From: Chiloscyllium plagiosum
Lineage: Eukaryota
Length of the DNA stretch: 64,000 nt
Direction of reading: 5' to 3'
Assembly (NCBI RefSeq): GCF_004010195.1
Contig: NC_057719.1
Location: forward strand, 43,029,248-43,093,247
Of this stretch, positions 25,281-38,589 are shown piece after piece. The notes under the pieces are model-generated. The model searched no databases and was not told the origin of the DNA. It saw only the letters and a program-made list of their open reading frames with translations. The position numbers were made by a program, and so were the translations under genes. How positions within the stretch are numbered: the stretch's first letter is position 1; each line of letters opens with the position of its first letter.

Positions 25281-27096
25281 GCAAGAAAGGGAGCCTCATT
25301 AAATGTGAAAGCATGTAAATTGTGCTGTTGTTTATGCACATCCTTTGAGATTTAAGATAAGTTTTAAAGTAACCTGACACATTGCTGTTCACATTCAGTA
25401 CATTGTCCTTCCCTTTTGCTCTGTAATTTCAACATCCAAGATGGCAGAGCCGACAGAATAATGAAGACAATAGAGTTGTCATTGTGTGATTTTCAACTGC
25501 TCGTATTTTAGGTTGCGTTTTCTGACACCCAGAAGCATGTGAAGTAGCAGAGAAATCCGTGAAATAAATTGAAATAGTGTGAATAAAAACTGATCAAACC
25601 CTGCAAAATAGCAAAAATAAAAACATATAGGTGAAGAGAAAAAAAAAGCTTCAAAGGTTTTTAATTTTTTAATGAAACGTAAATAAAAATTTATTAAATA
25701 AAAATTAAATGAGTTTGCCAGTTTTTAAAAATCAGAGGAGAGCATAAACAGTCAGAATTTATCATTGGGTGCTTGCTGTAAGCAGACACTTATTGCTATA
25801 CAAGAAAATGGATGTGAAAAGGTTTAATCTATGACCTAAGATGAAGCTTCGCCCACTCAAAATGTAACACTGCCACTGGGTGGAGCAGTGAGATTGGTCT
25901 GGTTCAAGACAGAGATGTCTTTGAATTGTTTGGATAGTCAAACCCCAACGTTTGTTTGTTTCCTTGATATACTATTATACAGAACCAAACTGCATTGTGA
26001 CTATGTATGTACGCAAAGACTTTTTTTATGAATAAAGTATAGGTTTGAAAAACAAGAAAGAGTTTTGGAAGGGCTGATGAGACAGACACAGTTGGAATCT
26101 GGTACAATCTCCTGTTAGAGTTACAAATGTCCTTACTATCTCTAGTGAGTAATAGTTAATGTGGTCTCAGAATTATTATAAACTGTATATAGTTACTGTT
26201 ATGTTGTAAACCTTACCTCATCACCTCAAACAATAACCTCTTTCACTGAGACTTTTTTTGTGGTCCATCCTCCATCAGACTATTAAACTGCCTCTTAAAC
26301 AAGCACAAGATGGAGGATTGGTGGCAGTTCTCTAACCCAAACACAGGCCACAGTGGTTGGTACCCAAACATCACATGATAACTTCTTTAAAGATCAATTA
26401 TCATCTGCCCAAAGTGGGGAATATAAGAAATAGGAGCCATCTGACATGTCAAGCCTGCTCTGCAAGATCATGGCTGACCTTTACATGGACTCAGCTCCAT
26501 TTACCTGCCTGCTCACGATAACCCTTAACTGCTTTACTGTTCAAAAATCTATCTTTGCCTTGAATATGGAGGAAGAATAGGTATTAATCCTTCTCTCTCA
26601 TTTTATTCCTAATATGTACTGGAAATAAATTTGTGATTTTTCCACAATTTTGTATGACTCCATCAGATGCAAGGTTCGTGCAAATAAATGTCCAGAACAC
26701 ACTAATCAAATACCTTTAGCAGCACAACATGTAGATCAGCAGTAATCTGTTCTCAAAATGGCTGATCTGTACTGATTCTGGCAGGTATTGCCAAGGTTAA
26801 AGAATGAACTTTATTTTTGAACTTCTAAATTACAAAAGAAATATATTAGTGCTGCTGTACTTGTTGCAGATCATTATTATTATAATACACTTGGTGATGG
26901 ATGCCATTCTCAGGACTTAATAGTTGCCATTATACTGATTAGGGGTAGAGACAGGAAATAACCAGAAAGCCTCACTCAGCCAACATCCAATAACTGTTTC
27001 ACTTAAACAGTGTGGGAATTCTCTGTTCCTCACAAGCATCAAACATTAAATGAGTATTAAAATGGTCTCACAAGCAAATCAGCACTCTCCTCCTAT

Positions 27097-27228
27097 AGAA
27101 GCAAAATACTGCAGAAGCTGGAAATCGGAAACAAACACTGAGAATATTGGAGAAACTCTTTTCGGCGGCATCAATGGAGAGAGAAACAAAGTTAACTTTT
27201 TGAGTTCGGTATGAACTTTTCTTCAGAT
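27097..27228 (-). mobile_element. Short PLE-tail element (family B)
   Basis: Minus strand: tctgaagaaaagttcataccgaactcaaaaagttaactttg..ttccagcttctgcagtattttgc. Confidence 0.6.
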
Positions 27229-28308
27229 AGGTGGGAAAGAAGATGGACAGATGGGACGGGTCATGAGGGCAGTGCTGAGCTAGGAGTTTGGAGCTGGGAT
27301 GAGGTGGGGGGAGGGAAAATGAAGAAACTGGTGAAGTCCACATTGATGCCATGGGGTTGGAGGGTCCCGAGACGGAAGATGAGGCGTTCTTCCTCCAGGT
27401 GTCGGGTGGTAAGGGAGTGGCGATGGAGGAGGCCCAGGACCTGCCTGTCTTCAGCAGAGTGGGAGGGGAAGTTAAAGTGTTCGCCCACAGAGCAGTGGGC
27501 TTCACTGGTGTGGGTGTCCCAGAGATGTTCTCTGAAGCACTCTGTGAGTAGGTGTCCTGTCTCCCCAATGTGTGGAGACCGCATTGGGAGCAATGGATAC
27601 AGTAAATGACATGTGAGGAAGTGCAGGTGAAACTTTGATGGATGTGGAAGGCCTTTGGGGCCTTGGATGGAGTGGGGGGAGGGTGGGGGAGAAGGAGGTG
27701 GTGTGGGTGCAGGTTTTGTAATTCCTGCAGTTGCTGGGGAAGGTGCCAGGAGGGAAGGGTGGGTTCGTGGAGGGGCGGGAAATGGATGAGATGCTCTGGA
27801 GGGCATCATCGACCATGTGGGAGGGGAAATTGTGGTTGTTAAAGAAGGAGGCCATTTGGTATGTTCTATGGTGGAATTAGTCCTCCTGGGAGCAGATGCG
27901 GCAGAGGCATAAGAACTGGGAATAAGGGATAGTGTTTTTCCAGGAGGCAGGGTGGGAGGAGGTGTGGTCCAGGTAGCTGTGGGAGTCAGTGGGTTTGTAG
28001 AAAATGTCAGTGTTGAGTCGGTCACCATTGATGGAGATGGAGAGGTTGAGGTAGAGGAGGGAGGTGTCTGAGATGGTCCTTTACCCCCACCTCTGTCCAC
28101 CTATTGCACTCTCAGCTACCTTTCCCACAGCCCCACCCCCTCCCATTTATCTCTCCACCCCCGAGGCTCACAGCCTCATTTCTGATGAAGGGCTTTTGCC
28201 CAAAACGTCAATTTTCCTGCCCCTCAGAAGCTGCCTGACCTGCTGTGCTTTTCCAGCACCACACTCTTGACTCTAACCTCCAGCATCTGCAGTCCTCACT
28301 TTCGCCTA
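27229..28308 (-). mobile_element. Penelope-like element (family A): RT C-terminus and GIY-YIG domain on minus strand, with an inverted pLTR (28081-28308, plus strand)
   Basis: HIGETGHLLTECFREHL..SVGEHFN..EEERLIFRLGTLQPHGINVDF (ORF 27261-28100); another frame gives LNTDIFYKPTDSHSYLD..HPASWKNTIPYSQF; frameshifted. Confidence 0.9.
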
Positions 28309-28839
28309 CTTAAAAATAAAGAGTCAGTTCTAATCACAAGATCATGATAAAATCAGAACCATAAGGCTGATTCTGCAGCCATGACCTCGAGAACATTTTG
28401 GCTACAGTTGACTGAATTGAGCAAGCTTACAAGGTACAGAATTCAGTGATTAAAAATTTGTTTGGATGATTTGAAGATGTCAATGCGTGGTGCTCACTTG
28501 ATAGCTTAACTTAATTGCTGCACCAACCTGCAATAATTTTCAACTGAACAGTTTTTAATAAACATTCAAATTGAGAACATATGGAATGTGAAATAAAGAC
28601 CTGGGGAGCAATGTTATGAAATTGGGTGCGAGTGTTCACTTCCTCGGAGTTCTCCACATTGATGTTTCCACCCCATGAGATTTTTTTTAAAACTTGCTGA
28701 TCAACATCTATGCCCCGTTTCAGATGAATCCGATGTTGAATACCACTTGGAAAACAGTCAAGGGAAAGAAGAACATAGACTGTACACTTGACAGATGGTT
28801 TTAACATGCATCATCAGTACAGGGTCAATAGTACCACTG

Positions 28840-29073
28840 GGCGAAAGTGAGGACTGCAGATGCTGGAGATCAGAGTCAAGATTAGAGTGGTGCTGTAAAA
28901 GCACAGCAAGTCCGGCAGCATCCGAGGAGCAGGAAACTTGATGTTTCGGGCAAGAGCCCTTCATCAGGAATGAGGCCATTCTTGATAAAGGGCTCTTGCC
29001 CGAAACATCGATTTTCCTGCTCCTCCGATGCTGCCTGACCTGCTGTGCTTTTTCAGCACCACTTTAATCTTGA
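28840..29073. mobile_element. Palindromic (head-to-head) family A pLTR element
   Basis: Inverted arms about 28875-28972 and 28977-29074; 14-bp direct repeat caatagtaccactg at 28826-28839 and 29074-29087. Confidence 0.9.
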
Positions 29074-29494
29074 CAATAGTACCACTGCCCTGAACTGGCC
29101 AAACCATGAAGGATATATCTGCCAGATAAGACCTGTGACAGATTATGTGGGAACTAAAATGAGTGAGTAGTTTACTTGAACTGTTTCACACAAAGCTTTC
29201 TGACCATTATAAATTAATAGATGTGACCATGGTGCAGTTCTGGTGAAGACAAAAATATCTTAATGACACTATAATTTCTCAGGATTTTACATTTCAAAAT
29301 AGGTCCTACAGAAAGTTCTAAAGCAAACATTTGTAAAATTGAAGTCTCAGCACTAGGTGGCAATGCATTGTCACAAATGTATGTCTATCAGCTGAACAGT
29401 TAGAAATTCTGTAATAACGTGGAATAAAACACTTCTTTAAACTGACAACCTTTTCAGTTATATGTGATAACATCACTGGGCATATATATGAAAT

Positions 29495-29947
29495 AGGAGT
29501 GGCAGAAGGAGTTTAATTTAGACAAATGTGCGGTGTTGCATTTTGTTAAGTCAAATCAGAGGAGTGCTCATACACTTAATGGTGGGGTCCTGGGGAGTGT
29601 TATTGAAGAAAGAGACCTTGGGGTGAAGGTTCATAGCTTCTTGGAGATGGAATCACAGGTAGATAGGGCAGTGAAGAAGACGCTTGGTACACTTGCCTTT
29701 ACTGGTCAGTGCATTGAGTATAGGAGTTGGGATGTCATGTTTCAGCTGTACAGGACGTTGTTTAGGTCACTTTTGGAATACTGCATTAAATTCTGGTTTC
29801 CCTTGCCATAGAAAAGATGCTGTTAAACTTGAAAGGTCATAGAAAAGATTTACAAGGATATTGCCAGGATTGGAGGGTTTGAGGTGGAGGGAAGAGCTAA
29901 ATAGACTGGGGCTATTTTCCCCAAAGCATCAGAGGCTGAGAGGTGGC
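29495..29947 (+). mobile_element. CR1 LINE fragment
   Basis: ORF 29533-29811: LHFVKSN..EERDLGVKVH..LYRTLFRSLLEYC. Confidence 0.9.
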
Positions 29948-31214
29948 CAAACTTGTTATGATATAGTGGTACAACTATCATCTAATTTTATGACGTGGAA
30001 CTTTTAATGGACTAAAATAGTTTTATAAAATGGAAAAACACTGACTTGAAGTGGCCACAGTTGACATCTGACCAGATTGAGCTAAATTCATGAAACTATT
30101 AATAAAAACACCCAGTCCAAACAGAAATTATCGTATCATCACAATGCCTGAAACCAATCTCTCAAATCCATATCTCCTATTTTATGTATATCTTTATGAA
30201 AGTTTCACACATGTGGATATGAGTCACCTTCAAATTATCCACTTTGCAAAAAACAATGAGGCCAGACAGAGAACACACGAGGATCTATATTTCAGATGAC
30301 AACTTTTGAACAGAGGGAGAAAGAGAAGAAAATGGATTTGTAACAACAGAACTGGCTTGCTTTCCCTTGCTCTCTTTTTCTTTAATTCTCTCAGTCTCTA
30401 GAAAAACAGTCCCAGTGATAAAGTAAGTTGGAGAAATATCCATACTCTGAAAACTCAAAGGTGATCTACAAATTAATAAAAGTAATAAACAAAGTAATAA
30501 AATCACTTCCTTTCACTCAAAAAAGAGTTATATGTGTCTCCTTAATTTTGACTAATACTTCAATAAAAATGAATTGTGATGGAACTGCACACTGTAAGGA
30601 ATTAAAAATCTTTGTTGTAGCTAATGAATGGATAAAAGTTAGCTGACTCACATTGACTCATTTGGTCAATCTGCACTAACTTGTACATGATTGAGGGATT
30701 AGACTGGCCATTGGGGGGCTAGGCTTCGGGCCCTGTTTCCAACCCACTGCTCCTTCTCCTAGTGACCTCTAACCCCAAAGACCAACCCTCTCTCTCCACC
30801 AAACAAGGCCCTTTCTTGGTCCTCATAATAATGTTGGTTGTTATTCCATAGCCTTCTCAGTGCTGCTAAGTGTGAGTGCTTCCAGCCTCTGACTGACAGC
30901 TCTCAAATGAGTGGGACTTGCACCCCTGGGTACGTGATTTCAGTTAAAGGCCCACTGTGGCCCTCTGAACTGCCCGGTTGGAGGAAGATATGGCGATTCT
31001 TCCTCTGAAGAGTCAACTCAATCATCTCACCAAAATGTCCTCAAAGGACTAAGACAACTAACAACAATGGAAGCTTCTGCCCACTAACTGTTTCTCTCTT
31101 CACGGGTACTGCCAACTGCTGATAACCGCCAACATTTTCTGTTTGTATTCCAGATTTGCAAGATAATCAGCATTCTGCTTTTTTGATTCAGTAATGAATT
31201 CCAGTGCTACAGTA

Positions 31215-32090
31215 TTGACAACTACAGACCTGGCGACTAAATGGTCAGAGAAATTCAAGTTGCAGATGATCAAGAGGCCAGGGTGAGAAGTGCGCAGAGA
31301 TTTTGGCGGATTGTAGCCTTCAGAAGAGATCACAAAGACAGGAGGATACATAAGGATTTGAAATTAAGGATTTTCAAGGTTTTTAAGCTTAAAGAAATAA
31401 ATATTAAAAATGATTAAAGAGTGAAAGTTCATCAGGAGCCACTGTGGATTATGAGCAGTGAAATGATAGATAAATAAGACATGGTGCAATATGAGCAGTA
31501 GAGTTCTAGATGACTTCAAGTTTATAGAGAATGGAACATGAGACACCAGCTTGGAGAGCATAGGAGTAGTCAAGTGTAAAAGCATCAAAGGCAGACAAAG
31601 AATTTCCATAGTTGAGAGTGTGTTGCCGGAAAAGTATACCAGGTCAGGCAGCATCCAAGGAGCAGGAAAATCGGCGTTTCGGGCCGGAGCCCTTCAACAG
31701 GAGTGAGGCTGAGAGCTCTCCACCCCCGAGGCTCCCAACCTCATTCCTGATGAAGAGCTCCGGTCTGAAACATGATTTTCCTGCTCCTCGGATGCTGCCT
31801 GACCTGCTGTGCTTTTCCAGCAACACACTCTCAACTCTGAACTCCAGCATCTGCAGACCTCACAGCCTCCTAAAGAAATTCCACAGCAGATGAGCTGAAG
31901 CAACAGCAAATGTGTGATTGGACGTCTAACTCAATATCAAATCTGACACTAAGGGTTAAGATGATTGGGCACGTTCTCAGGCAGTTAACAGGAAAAGGGC
32001 TGAGTTCATGACTAGGCAACAGAGTCTGTGATGGGCAGTGAAGACATTGGAAGAAACTCCTTCTCTTGGATGTTGAACAGGCATTGTAAC
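31215..32090 (-). mobile_element. Decayed L2-like LINE fragments, interrupted by a palindromic PLE element
   Basis: ggagtagtcaagtgtaaaagcatcaaaggcag is antisense of an AFxxSRLDY-like motif; ORF 31364-31654. Confidence 0.5.
31612..31871. mobile_element. Palindromic family A pLTR element
   Basis: Inverted arms about 31611-31708 and 31739-31835; imperfect 15-bp TSD aaagaatttccatag / aaagaaattccacag (31597-31611, 31872-31886). Confidence 0.85.
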
Positions 32091-33019
32091 ATATAGAAGC
32101 ATCAAGAGAGCGGATGATAAGACCTGGACTCATAGGCTGGGCCGAGGCTCCAAGCCCAGAGCTAGGCCCAGGTGGCTGAAGGAGTGGAGGCATTGGTGAA
32201 AGGGACGGATGGCGGGTCGATTGCAGCATCAGAAAAAGTGTTACATGGGGAACAAGAGACTTCTTTCACCTAGCCAATGAGGTAGCTTCCAGTGGTCCAG
32301 TATGGCAGTCTTGGCTCAGCATGGTAGTCTTCATCAGCAGAAACCTGTGGACCAGTATTCTAGTGGCCTCTCATGGTCTCATCCCGGAATGGCGGTCTAG
32401 TACCAGCTACATCTACAGGGTATTCCATCATTTCTTAATTAACTTCTGTCACTAACATAGGTTTTTTAAAAACTTTTAAAACTTTCCATTGTATTTTTCA
32501 CTTAGAAGTACGCATGACAATAAATTTTGATTCTATTCTATTCAATTCTGGGTATTGTCAGTACAAAACCAATGCATTTTCTGCTGGTCGCTGAGGAGCA
32601 GCAATAAATGAAAATCACCTGAGAACTCCAGAGGTCATGGCGCAAGAACAGGAAGAGAAACCATTGCAGCTGATTCCCTGACTTTGACCAGACAGATTGG
32701 AATGGAATCAGTTGAATTACAGGTTGCAGCTGGATGACAGAGGAGGATGGCTTTGTACCAATTCTAAATATAAAATGTGAAATGAATGTTAAGGTCTAAA
32801 CCAAAGTACAGCATTTCCAAAGAGTTTCACTCTAACCCTTGTGACAGATAATTTCAGACCCAAACTCCATTTATCCAATCACTGTTGGAACAAAGTTTAA
32901 TGGCTTCACAGTGGCACTGCCATATAAATAAACCCCTGACCTTGCTTTGTGAAATGTGTACCAACAAAACATATTGTTATCAATTACATGGCTGTCTGAT
33001 TTTGTTTCTCATTACATTA

Positions 33020-33505
33020 CTGTGCCCAATTCTAGGAACTGCACTTAGGAAGAGTGTATAGGAGATTTGCAAGAATTATTGCAGGGTTGAAGAATTATAC
33101 ATGCATGGATAAACTGGAGAAACTGGATTTCTCTTTAGAATAAAGGTGACTAAGACAAGATTTTTATAGCGTTTTAATACTATGAATGGCTTAATAGACT
33201 AAATAAAAACTGTTTCCACTAGTTAATAACAAATGGGCAGAGTTAAGATTACACATGAAGAAGTAGATTTGACAGGGGAAGGACCTCTAATACAATGAAG
33301 GGCTTCGGACTCAGGCTCCATCACCTGATGGTCACAAGTTCAATTGCAGCGTTCAAAAGGAATCAGATACATACTTACTGGAATAAGAATTGGAATAATA
33401 AATGCCAAGTGCTGTTGCATGGAGCTATCTGGGTTGTAGTTCGAAACATCTAATGCCACCAAATGAGTAGAATGGTCTTCTTCTCCACTGTATTTTTATG
33501 ATCAT
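33020..33505 (+). mobile_element. Decayed CR1 3' fragment
   Basis: ggagatttgcaagaattattgcagggttgaaga..ctggagaaactggatttctctttag; tail gaatggtcttcttctccactgta. Confidence 0.6.
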
Positions 33506-34716
33506 CAGGTCAGAATTCATGGCCAGTGGAGTGACAATCACAATAGAGTAACACCATTGCATCTCGTCATATTCTCAGTAAGCCATGCAAATTAAGAGGA
33601 TGTAATTAAATACTTAAATAAATCAAAACAGGTCAGAGAGAAATCATTTATCAGAGAAGTTATTCATCTCATAAAACCTAATGTGAAATAATCTCCAAAA
33701 GCTAGATGGAAACATGATGAAGGAATCAAACCAGGAGTTAGGTTCATGGATAAGCATTTTGTGTTGTGTCAATCTTATTGCATCTTCGTTCACCAATTAT
33801 TCATCGAGTGAGCTCCTTTTGTATTTCTGAAAATAATGACAAACTCTCTATTGTATGTTTAAAGGTTATGTGGCGGACAATCCTAAACTCAGATCAATTG
33901 GGAAATGCTGCAGTGAGAGATTTCCTGTTTGTTCTCAACATTGGTGTGGTGCTTACAGATAAACTAATCAGATCTAATGAAAAATAGAAACAGGAACTTG
34001 AGAAATAAATTTCAATCCTGCCAACTATCAATTTGAAGAACCCTGGTGGTAAGAAAACTTCAGCAAACTTCTTGAAAGGACAGAAACCATAAACTGCATA
34101 TTATGCTTAAATTCACTGCAAACCTATTAAAATAATTTATTTGTGAATCACTCAGAAGCACGCTGTAAGGTTTCCTGAGCCTGCAGCAATTTTCCAGTTA
34201 AAAGTGGAGTAAATGTAACAGACATGTATGTACATATTTTCTCACATCAACATACTTAATTAATATCACAATCAATTGTCTGTTCGCATCTATAAACTGG
34301 ATTGCATTTCAAATTATATATATTGTAGACTTTTCTTAAGAAATAAATGTCATAGAAATAAACCCAGAAGCACAATGCAATAGGGTTACAATTGCTTTGC
34401 TTTGATAGTCCTCAGTTATTTCTTTTTGTTCTGCATTAGGGCTTTGCATTGAAAAAGACAATATATATACGAATGCAATTTCCTTTAATATAACATCTCT
34501 AAAGTAGATATACATTCCAAGGCACTTCACAGGAATGGTATCAAATTTATTTGGACACATAAGGAAATGCTAAGACATGTCTTAAAGCTCGATCAATGAG
34601 GTAAGTTTTGAGTTGCGTTGTAAAAGGAGGAAAGTGAGGTGGAGGGTTCGGGAAGTTTAGCAATAGAGCTCCAGCAATAGCAATAGTGCTGGAGGCCTAG
34701 CCAGTTGAAGACATTT

Positions 34717-37670
34717 GGCTGAATTTTACCAGAAATGGCTAAGTCGCAATTTTGTCAAGTATCTTGAAGGGGTTCTTTTTGTGAAGCCTAGCGAGATTTC
34801 CCATGCTAATTTATGAAACCCATCTCAATAACTATGTACCACGCCCCATGGCTCCTGACTCATCCTATATTCCCTCTCACTACAACTGGAAATGCTGGAA
34901 ATAACCACCAACGACAGGACCACAATTAAAATGCAGTTGTCCACCAGGTCAAGTACTGTCAGTCCGGAGCTGCCTGTATAGTTCATGTCAGTTTGCCAGG
35001 ACCTGGCAGACAAAGTAAAGTTGGTACCCTGCTTTACCAACAGCAACCTGGAGATTCTGGTGGGGTAAGTAGAACCAGACAAGGGCCTCTTTTCCCTCAG
35101 GACCTGAAGAGGCCACAACACCAGATCCTGACACCTTGGTCCAATGTTGCCACTCAGTTCAATGTTCCTTCCACAGTCCAGAGGAATGGCCGGAAGTGTA
35201 GGAGAAAAGTCAATGATCTTCACTGCTCTCTCTCAGTCAGTCTATCTCTTCTGCACACATCTCACACCAAGGCACATTGTCGATCTTTCTCACTATTGCT
35301 TGCAACAGCTTTCTCACTCGCTCCTACACTTTACAATTCCCCCAGACTGCGTGCTCTCTGTGCTGCCTACTCACTCAGTTGGGACAGCCCACCATCTTTT
35401 GCCTACCTGCAACAGCACACTGACACTGCACCCACTGACAGCTGCTGTGCTAACTACTTCCATATCACTCAATCCTTTGCTTTGTCACACCCGGAGAGAA
35501 AACAACCCTCAATAGGGGAGAGAGAGCCAAGATGAATGGAGGATGCCCAACATTCAGCTCCTCACCCTCCATGGAGAGAAGCTGCTGGCCTGTCCTGTGA
35601 CATCTAGGATCCTTTTTTTAATAGAATTGCTAGAGTGTGGAAACAGGCCCTTCGGCCCAACAAGTTCACACCAACCCTCCGAAGATTACCCACCCAAACC
35701 CATTTCCCTACCTAATCACTCAACATTTACCCCAGACTAATGCACCTAACCTACACATCCTTGAATACTATGGGCAACTTAGCATGGCCAATTCACCTAA
35801 CCTGCACATCTTTTGGATTGTGGGAGGAAACCAGAGCACCCAGAGGAAACCCATGCAGACATGGAGGGAGTGTGCAGACTCCACACAGACAGTCACCCAA
35901 GGCCAGAATTGAACCTGGGTCGCCAGTACTGTGAGGCATCAGTGCTAACTACAGTGCTACTACATGCCGCCCCCTGTGACCATTTCTGTGGTAATGCCTC
36001 AATGGCTCATAAATCAATTACAAATCATTGCCACTGCTATGCTGCTCTCCCATTTCTGCTCCTGTGAATGTACTCTTAACATGTCCAAATCTTTGCCCCA
36101 TTTCTATGATACATTCTCTCTTGAATCTCATCCAGATATCCATGGTCAAGAGGGCAGCCTCATTAGGCAGCCCCTCCAACATCTCGGAGGAAGAACAGCA
36201 TGCATGCCTTAGAGGAAATACCAGAAAATCTGTCTCATGCAATCTCTACCAGCTCAGATACTGACACCATGGTGGCTTCTTTGCTAGATTAGGGTTAGGA
36301 ACATACAATATGCTCCGTCCAGCCAGCTGCAGAGCCAGGAGTTGGGCTGAGGCATAATGGGAGGGAGAAGAAGAAGAAGATCTTCTGAAGATACATAGGT
36401 GTCATGAATGATACTTCGTTGTAAATATGTTCTCACATTTGGAACTTAATATTCACTTTTCATCATCAGCTGTGTGTATAATCATTCTTCTAGCTGTAAT
36501 TACAAAAATGACGATACAGAGGCTAGCTGTCCTTAGCACCACACGATGTCTTAGGATCCAAGGTGTAAAGTGAGCAGCTTCTGCACCATGTGATGGCTAT
36601 GCAATTTTAGAAGGTGTTTGCTACTCTGACAATTAAAGAGGATCTTTCCAGCCTGCAGTACAGTGCTTGTGAATCCCCTCTGCATCCAAGCATGCTACCT
36701 TCAATTCCAACAATTGGGTTCCCCAGCTTCCCTTCTGCAGCAGTGGTCTCTGATCACACCCTCCTTTGACTTCTAGTGGTTCCAAACAGCCAAAGCTCCT
36801 GGACTAATACTGAAAATTGCCATTGACTTATTGCACTGGGAGACAATGACTAAAAGGTGTGTCTCTGAATTGACTGAGCACTTTAACCCTTAGAGTTTGA
36901 GATGTGGCCATTTGATGGATACACATACAATGTGTTTCCCTCATTTGCTGCTAGTACAGGATGTAGGTGTGAAATTGATGTAGCGCAGTGATGTACAGCA
37001 ACATGTTTACCTTCCTGACTGGTCACTGTTGACAATCTCAACAAGTTGCCTGGATATGCGCCTGAACTAAAAGGCAAGTGAAGAAAGGAAACTGTGAATC
37101 ATCAAGCTCTGACTGAGGGAGCAAAGTGTAAATGGCAAATAGGCAAGGTAAGATAAGGCAAGGGAGACAGGATATTGGCAGAGATGGTGTGAGAATTGAA
37201 GTAGGTGATACTAGTGAGCACTAACAAGTATCCCAAAGACACATCCTGATCCATGTTTGATGGGGATGCGGATGGTCCCTGCCCTAAGAGGTTGGTGACT
37301 TCTATCCAAGATGGAAAACTGGAGGAGCAAGTGGGGAGCTGGAGTCACCAGGTAGCTGCTTGGACTTTTACTTTGGGAACTGTCGCTATCTACTTTCTAG
37401 CTGGTGACTGGAAGGAGGGAAACTACACATCATGAAGGTGAGGTCAACTAATAATGTGATGTTAATGCATGTAAACGGATGTAAATAGGCTTCTGCTACT
37501 TAATAGCAAGAGTCACATCTCACTGTTCAACATTTGGTTGGAGAGTGGGACTTTTTGTTCTTGACATCGGGAATCTCATTACTGCCAATCTCACATGATT
37601 TTTTTCAATTTTTTCTATAATGCCCATGACATTCAGGGGATTGACAGATCTGCCGCCAACACCATCACCC
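34717..37670. mobile_element. PIF/Harbinger element with Myb/SANT gene (+) and decayed transposase (-), inserted into an L2 fragment
   Basis: ORF 34993-35535 has WSNVATQFNVPSTVQRNGRKCRRKVNDL; minus strand about 36590-36710 resembles LKxRFRCLDxSGG..L.Y.PER; L2-like sequence flanks both sides. Confidence 0.7.
35620..35967 (-). mobile_element. HE1-type V-SINE, near full length
   Basis: Antisense tRNA head (gaattgaacctggg..gtgctaactacagtgc), V domain and CR1-type tail. Confidence 0.9.
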
Positions 37671-38589
37671 ACCCCAATCACCAAGAATGGTGCAATTGAA
37701 ATTGAAGATGTTCAAGAGACCAGGATTGCATGTGTGGAGAGGTATTGGTGGGGGTTGGTAAAGCAGTTGTAAAACAGATCCATATTTACTACTGAAAGCT
37801 TGTGCGGATTTCTCATCTTTAACATTTTGCAACCCAGCTTGCTCTTCTAGTAAAGTCTTCTCTAACTTACATTTCATAAATCAGTACACATTACATTTTT
37901 ATGTTAAAATATCCTTCTGCTTCATTATCTATTGTCTAATACACAATCGAGCTAATATCATTGTACTCATTTATGAAAAACCATTGTTGAGGTATTGAGA
38001 AATAACAACAGAAATGAGGTGCTTAATTTGCTCTTTAAATTAATGAAATAGGTCAATATCCTCTTGGGAAATGTTACAAAATGCCATTGTTTTCATAGTT
38101 TTCAAGAGCATAATGAGCTATCGTTGCATCACTGAGAACTTGAAGTGACAGCCAAGCAATCCCATTGTTAAAGCAAAGACTTTATGAGTAGGTGCAAGAT
38201 TGATTTCAAAGAATTTACCTGGTTTTCACCTGTAATTTTCAAATTCACAAACAATTGACAAATATAATTCCCAGTGCAGGTTCTCCTGCATTGACAATAA
38301 AAAGGAAACAATCTTGGTACACATACTTAAAATTGACATGAAATGAAGGGAAATCCACAGCTAAAAACTCATGATAATTCATCATTAGTATGTTATGGGT
38401 CATATTGAGGTTCAACATTGATATTGTATTGTATACTGTCAAAATGAATTTCATTAATACTAACACTTATAATTACAAATATATTTTTGTGTAAGTGTTT
38501 TAAAGTCAAAAAAAAAATTAGGGAAGTCTTACTGTAACCATTAACATTAGTACTGTGTATAGTTTTGATCACCTTACTCATCAGACAGA

